Part shown: positions 27,768 to 37,057 of the stretch, piece by piece
Position numbering within the stretch: position 1 is the first letter of the stretch
Layout of the letters: every line of letters begins with the position of its first letter
Assembly: GCA_016209945.1 (NCBI GenBank)
Contig: JACQVD010000009.1
Coordinates: forward strand, 1 to 44,745
Direction of reading: 5' to 3'
DNA: 44,745 nt
DNA from: Gemmatimonadota bacterium
Lineage (GTDB): Bacteria; Gemmatimonadota; Gemmatimonadetes; Palauibacterales; KS3-K002
Program-made: the position numbers and the translations under genes
The notes under the pieces: generated by a model
What the model was told of the DNA's origin: nothing
Seen by the model: the letters and a program-made list of their open reading frames with translations, nothing else
Databases searched by the model: none

Positions 27768-29723
27768 CTAATCGTTCGCCGCTGTTCGCCTGAGAAACTC
27801 TTCGATTCCGCGGAGAACCCCCTCCGCGTATCGCTCTCGGAACTCGGGGGTTCCGAGCGCCGCTTCCTGCTCCGGGATCATCATGAACGCCCCTTCCGTG
27901 AGCGCCGCCGGCATCCACGTGGGGCGCGCCAGCGCGAGGTTCGCTCGCCCGATCCCTAGATCGCGAAGTCCGAGGGTGCGAAGGAGGTGCTCCTGCAAGG
28001 CACGCGCGAGCCCGAGACTGTGCGGGTGGAAGTAGAAGACGCTCGTGCCGTGGTTCTCGAAGGGATTCACGCCGTCGGCGAGAGCGTTGTTGTGGATCGA
28101 GATGACCATCTCGGCATCGGCGGACTCGGCAATCAGCGGGCGGTCGTAGAGCGGGACCGGCTCCGCCGTGGACCGCGTCATCATCACCTCGGCCCCGCGC
28201 TGCTCCAGGAGCGCCTTGAGACGGACTGCGATGCCGAGATTGACATCGCCCTCGTATAGACGCGTCGGACCGGTGGCTCCGGCCGGGGGATGGCCCGGGT
28301 CGAGCGCAATGCGGCGGCCCCTCAGCGGGTGACCGCGGTCGATGCGCGGTGGGCGGCGGATGGTGAGGACGAGGCCCTCGTCGGCGGAGCGCACGCGGTA
28401 GCCCCACGGCTCTTCGCGAACATCCAGGCTGAGGACGAAGAGGCCGCCGGGCTCCTGCCGCCATTCCGCCGACCGTAGGAAGTCATCCGTCGCGCCGTAG
28501 AAAAGCCAGTCCGTCTCCGCGAACGCCGAGTAGAGCGCGAGCTCCAGGCGCCGCCCGTCCTCCCTGACCCGATACGGGACCCGCTCACTCAGCGCCACCC
28601 GAACTTCCACCGCGCCTGCGCCGGGGAGTATTCTCACCGTTCCCACCTTGGCCCTGGGTGGAGGCGTGCCATCCGGAAGCGGCACCTGCTCGCGCAGATC
28701 GATCCACGCGTGGAGATCGGGCGCCAACTGGACGCGAAGCCGGTCACCCATGCGCCCTGAGACGGCGAGCCGCTGTCGATCGTGGAAGAACCAGACGTAG
28801 GTGCCGTTCGAGGTCGGGCGCCCGTAGACGATCCCGTCGGTCCCCTGGGGGCTCGGGGGATCCAACGTCATCACGACGGGGAGTCGCGCAGGGTCGAGGA
28901 TCCACAGGTCGAGCGGAAGGCGCAAGCGCACCGTGTCCGCCTCCCACGCCGCCCAGAGGGTCGCTCGCGGCAGCGTGTCCATCGTCTTCGCGGCGGTGTC
29001 TGCGAGCGGCCCCCGGGGGACGGGTAGCCGTGGCGGCTCCACGGCCCCCCGACCCAAGGGCGCGCGGGCGGGGACCGCGCCGCGGTAGAGCGCGCCCCCC
29101 AACTGCCTGGGCGTCGATCCCGTCTCCCGGGTCAACCTCGGGTCGCCGGCGGACGGCCGATCCCCCGGCGTGGTAGCTGCGAGCGCGAACCGCTCGCCCG
29201 CAGGCCACTCGATCCACACGGCCGCACCCGCCGTGGCGCGCACCGAAACGTCGAGCGCCTCTCCCGCGAGCGCCCACACCACACCGCGAGGTGCCACGCT
29301 CAAGGTGTCGAGAACGAGCCGGTCGTCGGGGATCTCGAGGGGCGGCGTCGGCAACCCGACGCGGCGAAGGAGGTAGGCCGTGTCCCGATCCGTCGCCGCC
29401 ATGACCTCGAAGAGCGCCGTCGTGTCCCCGGGCTCTCGCCATGGCACGACCCACCCCAGGAACGCCCCGTTCGCGTGCACCGGCACGGCGGCGCTGTTCA
29501 CCCAGAGGACCGCGTTCGCGTCGCTCACATTGCCGAAGAGAAAGGTGGTGTCGCGCGTCGTGAGGCGCTGGTCCTCCTCGGGGTAGACCGCGTCGATCGT
29601 GAGCGGTCGGCTCGGCGGCTCCGCTGGAGCAGGGGGTGCGGGCTCCGGCACTCGCCGCGCGCAGGCCAGAAAGACGAGAGCCGTCAGGGCCGCGGTGGCG
29701 AGCGGAGGTCGAATCCCCATCAT
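27768..29723 (-). CDS. N-acetylmuramoyl-L-alanine amidase (Amidase_3), lipoprotein
   Basis: FLAC lipobox; IALDPGH, E, ISIHNNA, PAALTEGAFM Zn motifs; ATGA overlap with the symporter stop. Confidence 0.9.
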   Translation of the reverse strand: MMGIRPPLATAALTALVFLACARRVPEPAPPAPAEPPSRPLTIDAVYPEEDQRLTTRDTTFLFGNVSDANAVLWVNSAAVPVHANGAFLGWVVPWREPGDTTALFEVMAATDRDTAYLLRRVGLPTPPLEIPDDRLVLDTLSVAPRGVVWALAGEALDVSVRATAGAAVWIEWPAGERFALAATTPGDRPSAGDPRLTRETGSTPRQLGGALYRGAVPARAPLGRGAVEPPRLPVPRGPLADTAAKTMDTLPRATLWAAWEADTVRLRLPLDLWILDPARLPVVMTLDPPSPQGTDGIVYGRPTSNGTYVWFFHDRQRLAVSGRMGDRLRVQLAPDLHAWIDLREQVPLPDGTPPPRAKVGTVRILPGAGAVEVRVALSERVPYRVREDGRRLELALYSAFAETDWLFYGATDDFLRSAEWRQEPGGLFVLSLDVREEPWGYRVRSADEGLVLTIRRPPRIDRGHPLRGRRIALDPGHPPAGATGPTRLYEGDVNLGIAVRLKALLEQRGAEVMMTRSTAEPVPLYDRPLIAESADAEMVISIHNNALADGVNPFENHGTSVFYFHPHSLGLARALQEHLLRTLGLRDLGIGRANLALARPTWMPAALTEGAFMMIPEQEAALGTPEFRERYAEGVLRGIEEFLRRTAAND

Positions 29724-31483
29724 CGGGTTGATCCCAGGGCCGCGGCCGCGCTCAGGACCGCCCTGCGCCGCGCGCTTTCCCGACGCAGCTGGATGTAGGC
29801 CGCCGTCGCCACGCCCGCCGCCGTAGCCGCCCACGCCCACCCTCCGAGGAGAGCCCAACCGATCCCGAAGACGAGGGCGAACAAGAGGGCGACGCCGTAC
29901 ACCCAGCTCCGCAGGTCGGCGCCGAGGTCCTGGAGCGCTGCCAGCCCGCTCGCCGCGCGCTGCCGCCGCCATCCCGGCCCTCCGGGACGCGTGCGCCGGT
30001 AGAACGCCTCCAGCGTGGCCTCCGGCTCCGGCGGCGTGAGGAACATCACCGGCACCCAGACCGCCGCCGCGCCGAACGCGGTCAGGGCGAGCCGCAGCCC
30101 GAAGTCCATGTCGGCCCACCACGGGAGATACGAGGCGATGGCGATCATGATGCCCGAACCCATCGCCGCGATCTCCGCCCACGCGTTCACGCGCCACCAG
30201 AACCAGCGCAGGATGAGCACGAGGCCGGGGCCCGTCCCGATGGCGATCATGAAGCGGAAGACCGTCCCCACATCCTCCTGGTTGTACGCGGCCGCAGCCG
30301 CGAGGGCGACGAGGAGGACGGAAGCCACGCGACCCATCCGCACGAGCTCGCCCTGGCCGGCGCCGCGGCGCACGAAACGCGCGTAGAGATCGTTGACGAG
30401 GTACGAGGCGCCCCAGTTGATCTGGGTGGAGACCGTGGACATGAACGCCGCGAACAGCGACGCGACGACCAACCCGAGGAGCCCCGCGGGGAGGTATCGC
30501 GTCATCAGGAGGGGGTAGCCGACCTCGGGATCTTCGAGCGTCGGGAATACCGCGATCGCGGCGAGTGCCACGATGACCCAGGGCCACGTGCGCACCGCGT
30601 AGTGCAGCACGTTGAACAGCCATGCGGCCCGGACGGCGTCGTCTTCGCTCTTCGAGGCGACGAGGCGCTGGATGAACATCCCGCCGCCGTCCGAGTTCCG
30701 CCACGCCCACCACTGGATCCCCACGTAGCCGAAGAAGGTCAGCAGGGAGAGCTCGGCGACCTCCGGCCACGGCACGAAGCCCAGCCGATCCCCGAGACCG
30801 CGGCTCACGAGCGCGGACTGGACGGCATCGACACCGCCGAGGTCGCGCATAGCGAAGATCGCGACCAGGAGCGCCCCGGCCATAGACAGCAGGAACTGAA
30901 AAAAGTCCGTGGCCACGACACCCCAGAGACCGGCCAACCCCGCGTAGATGAGAACCACGACACTCGTCGCGACGACGATCCCCAGGCGGTCGTCCCCCGG
31001 CAGATCGAAGGGGATCGCGTCCCAGAGCCCGAGGGTTTCGACGACCTTCCGCATCGCCAGCATGGTGTAGCCCATACCGATGCAGTTGATGGGAACGGCG
31101 AAGAGGAAGGCGCGCACGCCCCGCAGGATCGCGGCGGGCCGGCCGTGGTAGCGGAGCTCCGTCAGCTCCATGTCCGTCACGATCCCCGCACGGCGCCACA
31201 GCCGCGCGAAGAGATAGATCATCAGCACGTGGGAGATGGCGAAGGCCCACCACTCCCAGTTCCCGGCGATCCCGCGACGCCAGACGACGCCGGTGACGTA
31301 CAGCGGGGTGTCCACGCTGAACGTGGTCGCGGCCATCGACGTGCCGGCGAGCCACCACGGGAGCGCCCGCGAGCCCACGAAGAAGTCGGTGACGCTGCGC
31401 GCCCCGCGCCGCGAGAGCCACAGGCCGATGACGAGGGTGAGGACGCCGTACCCGGCGACGATCGCCCAGTCCGCCGGACTCAA
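29720..31483 (-). CDS. Sodium:solute symporter (SSS family)
   Basis: DFFVGSRALPWWLAGTSMAATTF, GLWGVVATDFFQF, AAFMST; many TM helices; TTGA overlap with the nagZ stop. Confidence 0.9.
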   Translation of the reverse strand: MSPADWAIVAGYGVLTLVIGLWLSRRGARSVTDFFVGSRALPWWLAGTSMAATTFSVDTPLYVTGVVWRRGIAGNWEWWAFAISHVLMIYLFARLWRRAGIVTDMELTELRYHGRPAAILRGVRAFLFAVPINCIGMGYTMLAMRKVVETLGLWDAIPFDLPGDDRLGIVVATSVVVLIYAGLAGLWGVVATDFFQFLLSMAGALLVAIFAMRDLGGVDAVQSALVSRGLGDRLGFVPWPEVAELSLLTFFGYVGIQWWAWRNSDGGGMFIQRLVASKSEDDAVRAAWLFNVLHYAVRTWPWVIVALAAIAVFPTLEDPEVGYPLLMTRYLPAGLLGLVVASLFAAFMSTVSTQINWGASYLVNDLYARFVRRGAGQGELVRMGRVASVLLVALAAAAAYNQEDVGTVFRFMIAIGTGPGLVLILRWFWWRVNAWAEIAAMGSGIMIAIASYLPWWADMDFGLRLALTAFGAAAVWVPVMFLTPPEPEATLEAFYRRTRPGGPGWRRQRAASGLAALQDLGADLRSWVYGVALLFALVFGIGWALLGGWAWAATAAGVATAAYIQLRRESARRRAVLSAAAALGSTR

Positions 31484-32985
31484 CCCACGCCTTCCCAGGC
31501 ATCGGCCAGCCACTCCGCGGCGGCGCGCTGCATCACCTCGTCACCCGACCAGGCGCAGACCACGGTCCGTGCGTGCGGCCATGCGTGGCCGAGCCTCGGA
31601 TGACCGAAGAGGACAAGGAGAGCCTCCGGCCGGTGACGGAGCCGGCGCGCCACTGCCGCCTCGGCCTCCGCGGAGAGCCCCGCCCGCCCCTTGAAGCCGC
31701 GGACATCCGCAAAACAGAGGATCACGGGCTCGCCCTCGGATCCCCATGGATCGGGATCGCGCAGGACCCGCACGGCCGCGAAGCCGCGGCGTTCCAGCGT
31801 CTCGAAGAAGGCGCGGCGCGAAGGCGCCGGCGGCTGCGCTTCGAGCCCCAACGCGGCGAGAGCCTCTGGCGACAGCCTGACCACATCGTCGTCCACCACG
31901 GCCACCTGGACGCTCGCGGGCCGACGACGCGGCCGCACCTCCCCTTTCAGAAGTTCGACGGCCCTCGTGGCCGTCTCCAGCGCCCATCGGGCATGCGTCG
32001 CATCCGCCGGAGCCTGCGACGCAGGGCCGGCCGCGGCCCGCTCCACCCGCTCGACCGATCGCTCGAGTTGCGCGCCGTTCAAGCGGCCGCGCCGCAGCGC
32101 GCTACCGATCGCGCCAAGCGTCGCCTCGAGATCGCTGGGAGCCAGCAGGAGATCCGATCCCGCCTCGAGCGCGCGCAGGGCGGCCTCGACCTCGGAGCCC
32201 GCGCTTCCCAAGGCGCCGGCCATCCCCAGCGCATCGCTCACGATCAGCCCATCGAAGCCGAAGCTCTCGCGCAGGAGACCCGTGAGGATGCGGCGCGACT
32301 GGCTTGCCGGCGCGCCGCTCGGATCGAGCGCCGGATAGGCCACGTGCGCCGACATGACGCTCGCCACACCAGCATCAATCGCCGCGCGAAACGGCGCGAG
32401 ATCCGCTTCCAGGGCCGCTCGGCTCGCCGCCACCACGGGGAGACCCAGGTGCGAGTCTGTGGTGGTCCGCCCGTGGCCGGGGAAGTGCTTCGCGCACGCG
32501 AGCACCCCCAGAGACTGGCACGCCGCAACCCACCCGCGTACGCACTCGCTCACCTGCACCGGCTCGGAGCCGAAGCTTCGGGTCCCCACGATGGGGTTCT
32601 CCGCCTCGATGTCGAGATCGGCCACAGGGGCGAGCGCCCAGTTGAGCCCTGCGGCCCGCAATTCCTGCGCGGTGATCCGCGCCGCGGTGCCGATCGCCTC
32701 GAGACGATCCGGGAGCGCGGCCAGCGCCCGTGGCGGCGGCAGCGAGGTGGCGCCACGGAACTGCTGGCCCGCACCGCGCTCGGCATCCGTCGCCAGCAGG
32801 ACCGACCGGCCCGCGCGGCGGCGCACCTCCTGAGCCCACGCCCGCACCGACTCGAGATCGCCTCCGAAGACGACGAACCCGGCGACACCGGCGTCCAGGG
32901 CGCGCTCGACGTCGGGCGAGATCTCTCCGGAACGGCCTGCTTCGCGCCGGTGCACGCCCTGGAGGATGAGGCGACCGAGGTTCAC
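31480..32985 (-). CDS. nagZ: Beta-N-acetylhexosaminidase (GH3, NagZ-like)
   Basis: DAERG, AKHFPGHG..TDSH, IVSDALGM; GTGA overlap with the anmK stop. Confidence 0.88.
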   Translation of the reverse strand: MNLGRLILQGVHRREAGRSGEISPDVERALDAGVAGFVVFGGDLESVRAWAQEVRRRAGRSVLLATDAERGAGQQFRGATSLPPPRALAALPDRLEAIGTAARITAQELRAAGLNWALAPVADLDIEAENPIVGTRSFGSEPVQVSECVRGWVAACQSLGVLACAKHFPGHGRTTTDSHLGLPVVAASRAALEADLAPFRAAIDAGVASVMSAHVAYPALDPSGAPASQSRRILTGLLRESFGFDGLIVSDALGMAGALGSAGSEVEAALRALEAGSDLLLAPSDLEATLGAIGSALRRGRLNGAQLERSVERVERAAAGPASQAPADATHARWALETATRAVELLKGEVRPRRRPASVQVAVVDDDVVRLSPEALAALGLEAQPPAPSRRAFFETLERRGFAAVRVLRDPDPWGSEGEPVILCFADVRGFKGRAGLSAEAEAAVARRLRHRPEALLVLFGHPRLGHAWPHARTVVCAWSGDEVMQRAAAEWLADAWEGVG

Positions 32986-34118
32986 GCGGGTGTCAGCTTG
33001 CCGAGCACCCTGGGACCTGCCGCTCCCGTTACCTCGGGTGCGTTGCCGGGGATCCCGTGCAGGTGGGCGTGCGCGTGGACCGCGAACGCGAGCGCCTCCT
33101 TCGCCTTCGGATCGACGCCCAGAGCGCTCAAGTCGCGGACCGGGATCGGCGCCAACGCGTCCTGAAGCATTCGCACGAGCGTCGGGTTGCGCGCACCTCC
33201 GCCGGACACGTAGCACTCGTCTGGGCCGCCGCGAGGAGCCAGGAAGTCGCGATACGCTTTGGCGATGCTACGGGCCGTGAGTGCCGTGGCGGTCGCGACA
33301 CAGTCCTCGGGCCCGGCTCCGAGCGCCCCCGCTCGCTCGGCGAGCCGGCGAGCGTAGGCGGACCCGAACCGCTCCCGCCCGGTCGACTTCGGCGGAGTCA
33401 CCGAGAAGTACTCGTCCGCGAGGAACTCTTGCAGCACGTCGTCCCGCACACGACCGCGCGCCCCGAGCGCACCGTCGCGGTCGAAGCTCTGCGCGCCTCT
33501 CGTAACGAGCTCCACGACGGCGTCCACGACGGCGATCCCCGGACCCGTGTCGAACCCCACGATCGAGCCCGCGAACTCGCCCGCCGGGAGATACGTCACG
33601 TTGGCGATCCCGCCGATGTTCTGGATCGCCCGCCGTCGCGTCGGATGCGTGAACAGCCATACGTCCACCAACGGCACGAGAGGCGCGCCCTGGCCGCCGG
33701 CCGCCACATCCCGGGCTCGGAAGTCCGACACCACGGGCCGGCCGACCCGTTCCGCGACCACGGCCGCTTCACCGATCTGGAGGGTGCCTCCCGAGCGTGT
33801 GCCCGGCGGCTCGTGCCAGACGGTCTGCCCGTGGCTCCCGATCGCCGCGATGTCGCGCGGCTCGACGCCCGCTTCTTGAAGGAGCCGGAGCGTCGCCTCC
33901 GCGAACCACACGCCCAGATCGAAGTTCAGCCGGCAGAGGTCCGCGGCGCCCGCGCCTTCCATCATCGCCCGCAGGCGCGCCCGCTGCTCGGAACTGTACG
34001 GAACGGTGAGGAAGTGCACGACCGCTGCGCGAACGTCGGGAGGCTTCCCCGACACCTCGGCGAGCACGGCGTCGATGCCGTCGAGGGACGTGCCGGACAT
34101 GAGACCGACGTAGAGCAC
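32982..34118 (-). CDS. anmK: Anhydro-N-acetylmuramic acid kinase
   Basis: GLMSGTSLDGIDA, GSHGQT, DFRARDVAAGGQGAPL, NIGGIAN, FDTGPG, PKSTGRE; start approximate. Confidence 0.95.
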   Translation of the reverse strand: MLYVGLMSGTSLDGIDAVLAEVSGKPPDVRAAVVHFLTVPYSSEQRARLRAMMEGAGAADLCRLNFDLGVWFAEATLRLLQEAGVEPRDIAAIGSHGQTVWHEPPGTRSGGTLQIGEAAVVAERVGRPVVSDFRARDVAAGGQGAPLVPLVDVWLFTHPTRRRAIQNIGGIANVTYLPAGEFAGSIVGFDTGPGIAVVDAVVELVTRGAQSFDRDGALGARGRVRDDVLQEFLADEYFSVTPPKSTGRERFGSAYARRLAERAGALGAGPEDCVATATALTARSIAKAYRDFLAPRGGPDECYVSGGGARNPTLVRMLQDALAPIPVRDLSALGVDPKAKEALAFAVHAHAHLHGIPGNAPEVTGAAGPRVLGKLTPA

Positions 34119-34144
34119 GCTGGCGACCCGTGGGACGCGGCCGG

Positions 34145-35599
34145 TCAGCGGTCGCGAGGCGCCGCTAGGAAGCGCCGCACCGCCTCGGTATGGTGGTCGT
34201 CGTGCGCCACGACGTGTCGGAGGAGCTGGTACAACGTGACGCGGCCGAGGGTCTCGTGCCGGCCCGCGCGTCCGAAGTCCTCGATCGTGCGGCCGTTCAG
34301 GAGCTCCATGAGCCGGGCTCGCGAGGCGGCGAACTCGCCGAGGATCTCCCGGGCAGGGCGCCTGTCGTGTCCCGCCGGCCTGATCTTCGCGTTCTCCACC
34401 GTCTCGTCCCAGTTCGGCAGCAGCGGCGACATCTCCGAGAGGATTCGCCGGACGCGCCCGGTCTGTATCTCGTTGGCGACCGTGAGATGCACTGCATGCT
34501 CCTTGGGGCACCATCGTTCGGGCGCGGGCCGCGCGCTCCAACGCCCGTCGTCGCTCGCGGCGTGTAGATCCCGCAGGCGCTGCGGGACGCGGTCGAGCCC
34601 GTCGAGGAGCGCAGCAAGAACCCGCGCGTCCGGTGGGGACTCCGGGTAGGCCCGGTAGGGGCTCCGAGGCTCGCGCAGGAGCGACTCACGCAGCGCGAAC
34701 GCCCGGCGCACGAACCCCCACGCGTCCAGGAGCAACCGCGCGGCCTCTCCGCACCCCACGCCGAACCGCTGCATGACTAGCGCGGTCTTCACCGACCCGT
34801 CGGCGCGCTCGATGACATCCCGGGCTTCCGCCCTGCCGCACCCGGTGACCTCCATCACGATGCGCTCGCCCCGATCCACCAGCTTCTGGCTCCAGGCCTG
34901 GAGGTCCACCATGAGGTTCTCGTAGACCTTGCCCAGCCGGATCATGGCGCCGGTGGTGAGCGTGTTCAGGACGAGTTTCGTGGCAGTGCCCGCCTTCATC
35001 CGCGTGGAGCCCGCGATGACCTCCGGACCGACCTTGAGCACGATGCAGATCTCCACAAGGCCCCGGATCTCGGCATCGGGTTCGGTGCAGCAGAGGAACC
35101 CGGTTCGCGCTCCCCGCTCGCGCGCACGCCGCAGCGCGGCCCGCACGAACGGGGTCGTGCTGGACGTGGCGATCCCCAGCACGACATCGCGCTCGCCCAC
35201 GCCGCGCTCATCGATGGCCATCTGGCCCGCCTCCACGTCGTCCTCCGCGCCCTCCTGGCTGCGCACGAGCGCCGCCGGTCCGCCCGCGATGATCCCCTGG
35301 ACCATCTCCGGCTCCGTGCCGAAAGTCGGGGGGCACTCCGCGGCGTCGAGAACGCCCAGTCGTCCGCTCGTACCCGCGCCGACGTAGAAGAGCCGCCCGC
35401 CTTGCCGGAAGCAGTCCACGACGATCTCGATCGCACTGGCGATCGCCTCCCGCTCGCGGGCGATGGCCTCCGGCACGGTGCGATCCTCGGCGCTGATCAT
35501 GTCCACGATCGTGAGCGGGTCGGCAAGGTCGATCTCCCGGGTGGCCGGGTTTCGCTGCTCGGTGAGTCGAGGATCGAGGGGGCGAGAAATCTCCGTCAC
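34145..35599 (-). CDS. murQ: N-acetylmuramic acid 6-phosphate etherase fused to a C-terminal DinB-like domain
   Basis: TEQRNP, GAGTSGRLGVLDAAECPPTFG, GPEVIAGSTRMKAGTATKLVLN, NLMVD; extra ~170 aa with RPAPERW..EHAVHL and HVVAHDDHH. Confidence 0.93.
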   Translation of the reverse strand: MTEISRPLDPRLTEQRNPATREIDLADPLTIVDMISAEDRTVPEAIAREREAIASAIEIVVDCFRQGGRLFYVGAGTSGRLGVLDAAECPPTFGTEPEMVQGIIAGGPAALVRSQEGAEDDVEAGQMAIDERGVGERDVVLGIATSSTTPFVRAALRRARERGARTGFLCCTEPDAEIRGLVEICIVLKVGPEVIAGSTRMKAGTATKLVLNTLTTGAMIRLGKVYENLMVDLQAWSQKLVDRGERIVMEVTGCGRAEARDVIERADGSVKTALVMQRFGVGCGEAARLLLDAWGFVRRAFALRESLLREPRSPYRAYPESPPDARVLAALLDGLDRVPQRLRDLHAASDDGRWSARPAPERWCPKEHAVHLTVANEIQTGRVRRILSEMSPLLPNWDETVENAKIRPAGHDRRPAREILGEFAASRARLMELLNGRTIEDFGRAGRHETLGRVTLYQLLRHVVAHDDHHTEAVRRFLAAPRDR

Positions 35600-35674
35600 G
35601 TGCCGGTTGCACCTCCGCGCGAAACGCGCCTACATTCCCGGCCCCAACCTACACGGCTCCGCATTCTCTAAAAA

Positions 35675-35710
35675 GGGGCGCGAGGGGCGCAGGGGGCGCA
35701 GGGGGCGCGG
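35675..35710 (+). repeat. ~9-bp tandem repeat (gggggcgca) with four G-tracts
   Basis: ggggcgcgaggggcgcagggggcgcagggggcgcgg in the murQ/nth divergent region. Confidence 0.8.
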
Positions 35711-35726
35711 TCACAGAGACGAACGC

Positions 35727-36446
35727 ATGGTGAGCCAGGCCGCAACGCGCACTCGACATGTCCGGGATGACGGCCGCGGGGTCCGCCGCCGGATCCGCGA
35801 GATCGGCCGGCGGCTCACCGACCTGTATGGAGCGCCGGAGCGCGAGCGCTACGCTCCCCTCGACGAGCTGATCCTCAGCATTCTCAGCCAAAACACATCG
35901 GACGCGAACCGCGATGTCGCGTATGCGCGCCTCCGCGAGCGCTTTCCCACCTGGGAGGCCGTGCGGACAGCGCCGCGCCGGGAACTCGAGGCCGCGATCC
36001 GGCCCGCGGGGCTCTGGAGGCAGAAGGCGCGCGTGGTCCGCGACATCCTGAACACCCTGCACGCGGAACACGGGTCGCTCACGCTCGACCACCTCGCGGC
36101 GATGCGGGACGCCGACGCGCTCCGCTACCTGACGGGCTTCCGCGGCGTGGGGATCAAGACCGCGGCCTGCGTTCTCTGCTTCTCCCTCGGCCGGCCGTAT
36201 ATGCCGGTGGACACGCACGTGCACCGGCTGGCCCGGCGACTCGGCCTCATCCCCCCGGATGCCGAGGCCGAGGACGCGCACGAGATCCTGAACTCCGTGG
36301 TGCCGCCCGCAGAGCGTTTCGCGTTTCACATCCAGCTCATCCGCCACGGCCGGCAGGTGTGCAGGGCGCGAAAACCTCGCTGCGACGAGTGTGTCGTGAG
36401 CGACCTCTGCCCCAAGGTCGGCGTCGCGAAGGGACGGCGCTCGTGA
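35727..36446 (+). CDS. nth: Endonuclease III-family (HhH-GPD) DNA glycosylase
   Basis: ILSQNTSD, GVGIKTA, VDTHVHR, CRARKPRCDECVVSDLC Fe-S motif. Confidence 0.88.
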   Translation: MVSQAATRTRHVRDDGRGVRRRIREIGRRLTDLYGAPERERYAPLDELILSILSQNTSDANRDVAYARLRERFPTWEAVRTAPRRELEAAIRPAGLWRQKARVVRDILNTLHAEHGSLTLDHLAAMRDADALRYLTGFRGVGIKTAACVLCFSLGRPYMPVDTHVHRLARRLGLIPPDAEAEDAHEILNSVVPPAERFAFHIQLIRHGRQVCRARKPRCDECVVSDLCPKVGVAKGRRS

Positions 36447-37057
36447 CCTGGTCGCCGTTGAAGAGCGCGTCCCTGGCCCTCACGCTCCTTCTCTGCGCGC
36501 ACGCCACGAAGGCGCGAGCGCAGGAGTTGGCATGGCTGGAGCCGCGCACCTGGCTCACCGGTTGGTTCGGTGGGCTCTTCCCGGACGACGTGGCGGACCC
36601 GGCGACAGGGACCTGGATCCTCGGCGACAACGTCGGTGGCGGCCTGGAACTTAGCTGGCGAGTTGCGCCGAGCGCGTTCCTGACGGCAGACCTGAGCTAC
36701 ACCCGAACCGGTTACGACAGAGAGAGCCCGGTCGATCCCGGCACCGGGGACGCGGACGTGCTCGCCGGTGGAGTGGGACTGCGCTACCATCCGTACACGG
36801 GACCCGGCGTGCTCCTCTGGCCGTTTGGGGTTCTCGGACTGGGGCTCGTGGGCTATCGGTTGACGGAATTCGACGATCTCGACACGGATTTCAGCATCCT
36901 CACGGGAGCGGGCCTGGAGTGGCGCCTGAGCCTCAAGCTTCGGCTGGTCATCGCGGGATACGATTTTCTGGTCTTCCATCAGCGACCCGAGGGCGGCCGC
37001 AAGAGCAACACGAACCGCCTGCGCGAGCTCAGGGTCGGTTTGCGCTGGGGACTGTGA
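36443..37057 (+). CDS. Outer-membrane beta-barrel protein
   Basis: Signal peptide (ARA|Q); alternating amphipathic strands; ends VGLRWGL; GTGA overlap with nth. Confidence 0.7.
   Translation: MTWSPLKSASLALTLLLCAHATKARAQELAWLEPRTWLTGWFGGLFPDDVADPATGTWILGDNVGGGLELSWRVAPSAFLTADLSYTRTGYDRESPVDPGTGDADVLAGGVGLRYHPYTGPGVLLWPFGVLGLGLVGYRLTEFDDLDTDFSILTGAGLEWRLSLKLRLVIAGYDFLVFHQRPEGGRKSNTNRLRELRVGLRWGL

Noticed and set aside
29724-31502. 1244-aa ORF suggesting a giant amidase fusion
   Set aside because: The first ~590 aa are an Arg/Gly-rich off-frame reading of the symporter; the amidase starts at 29723 with its own signal peptide
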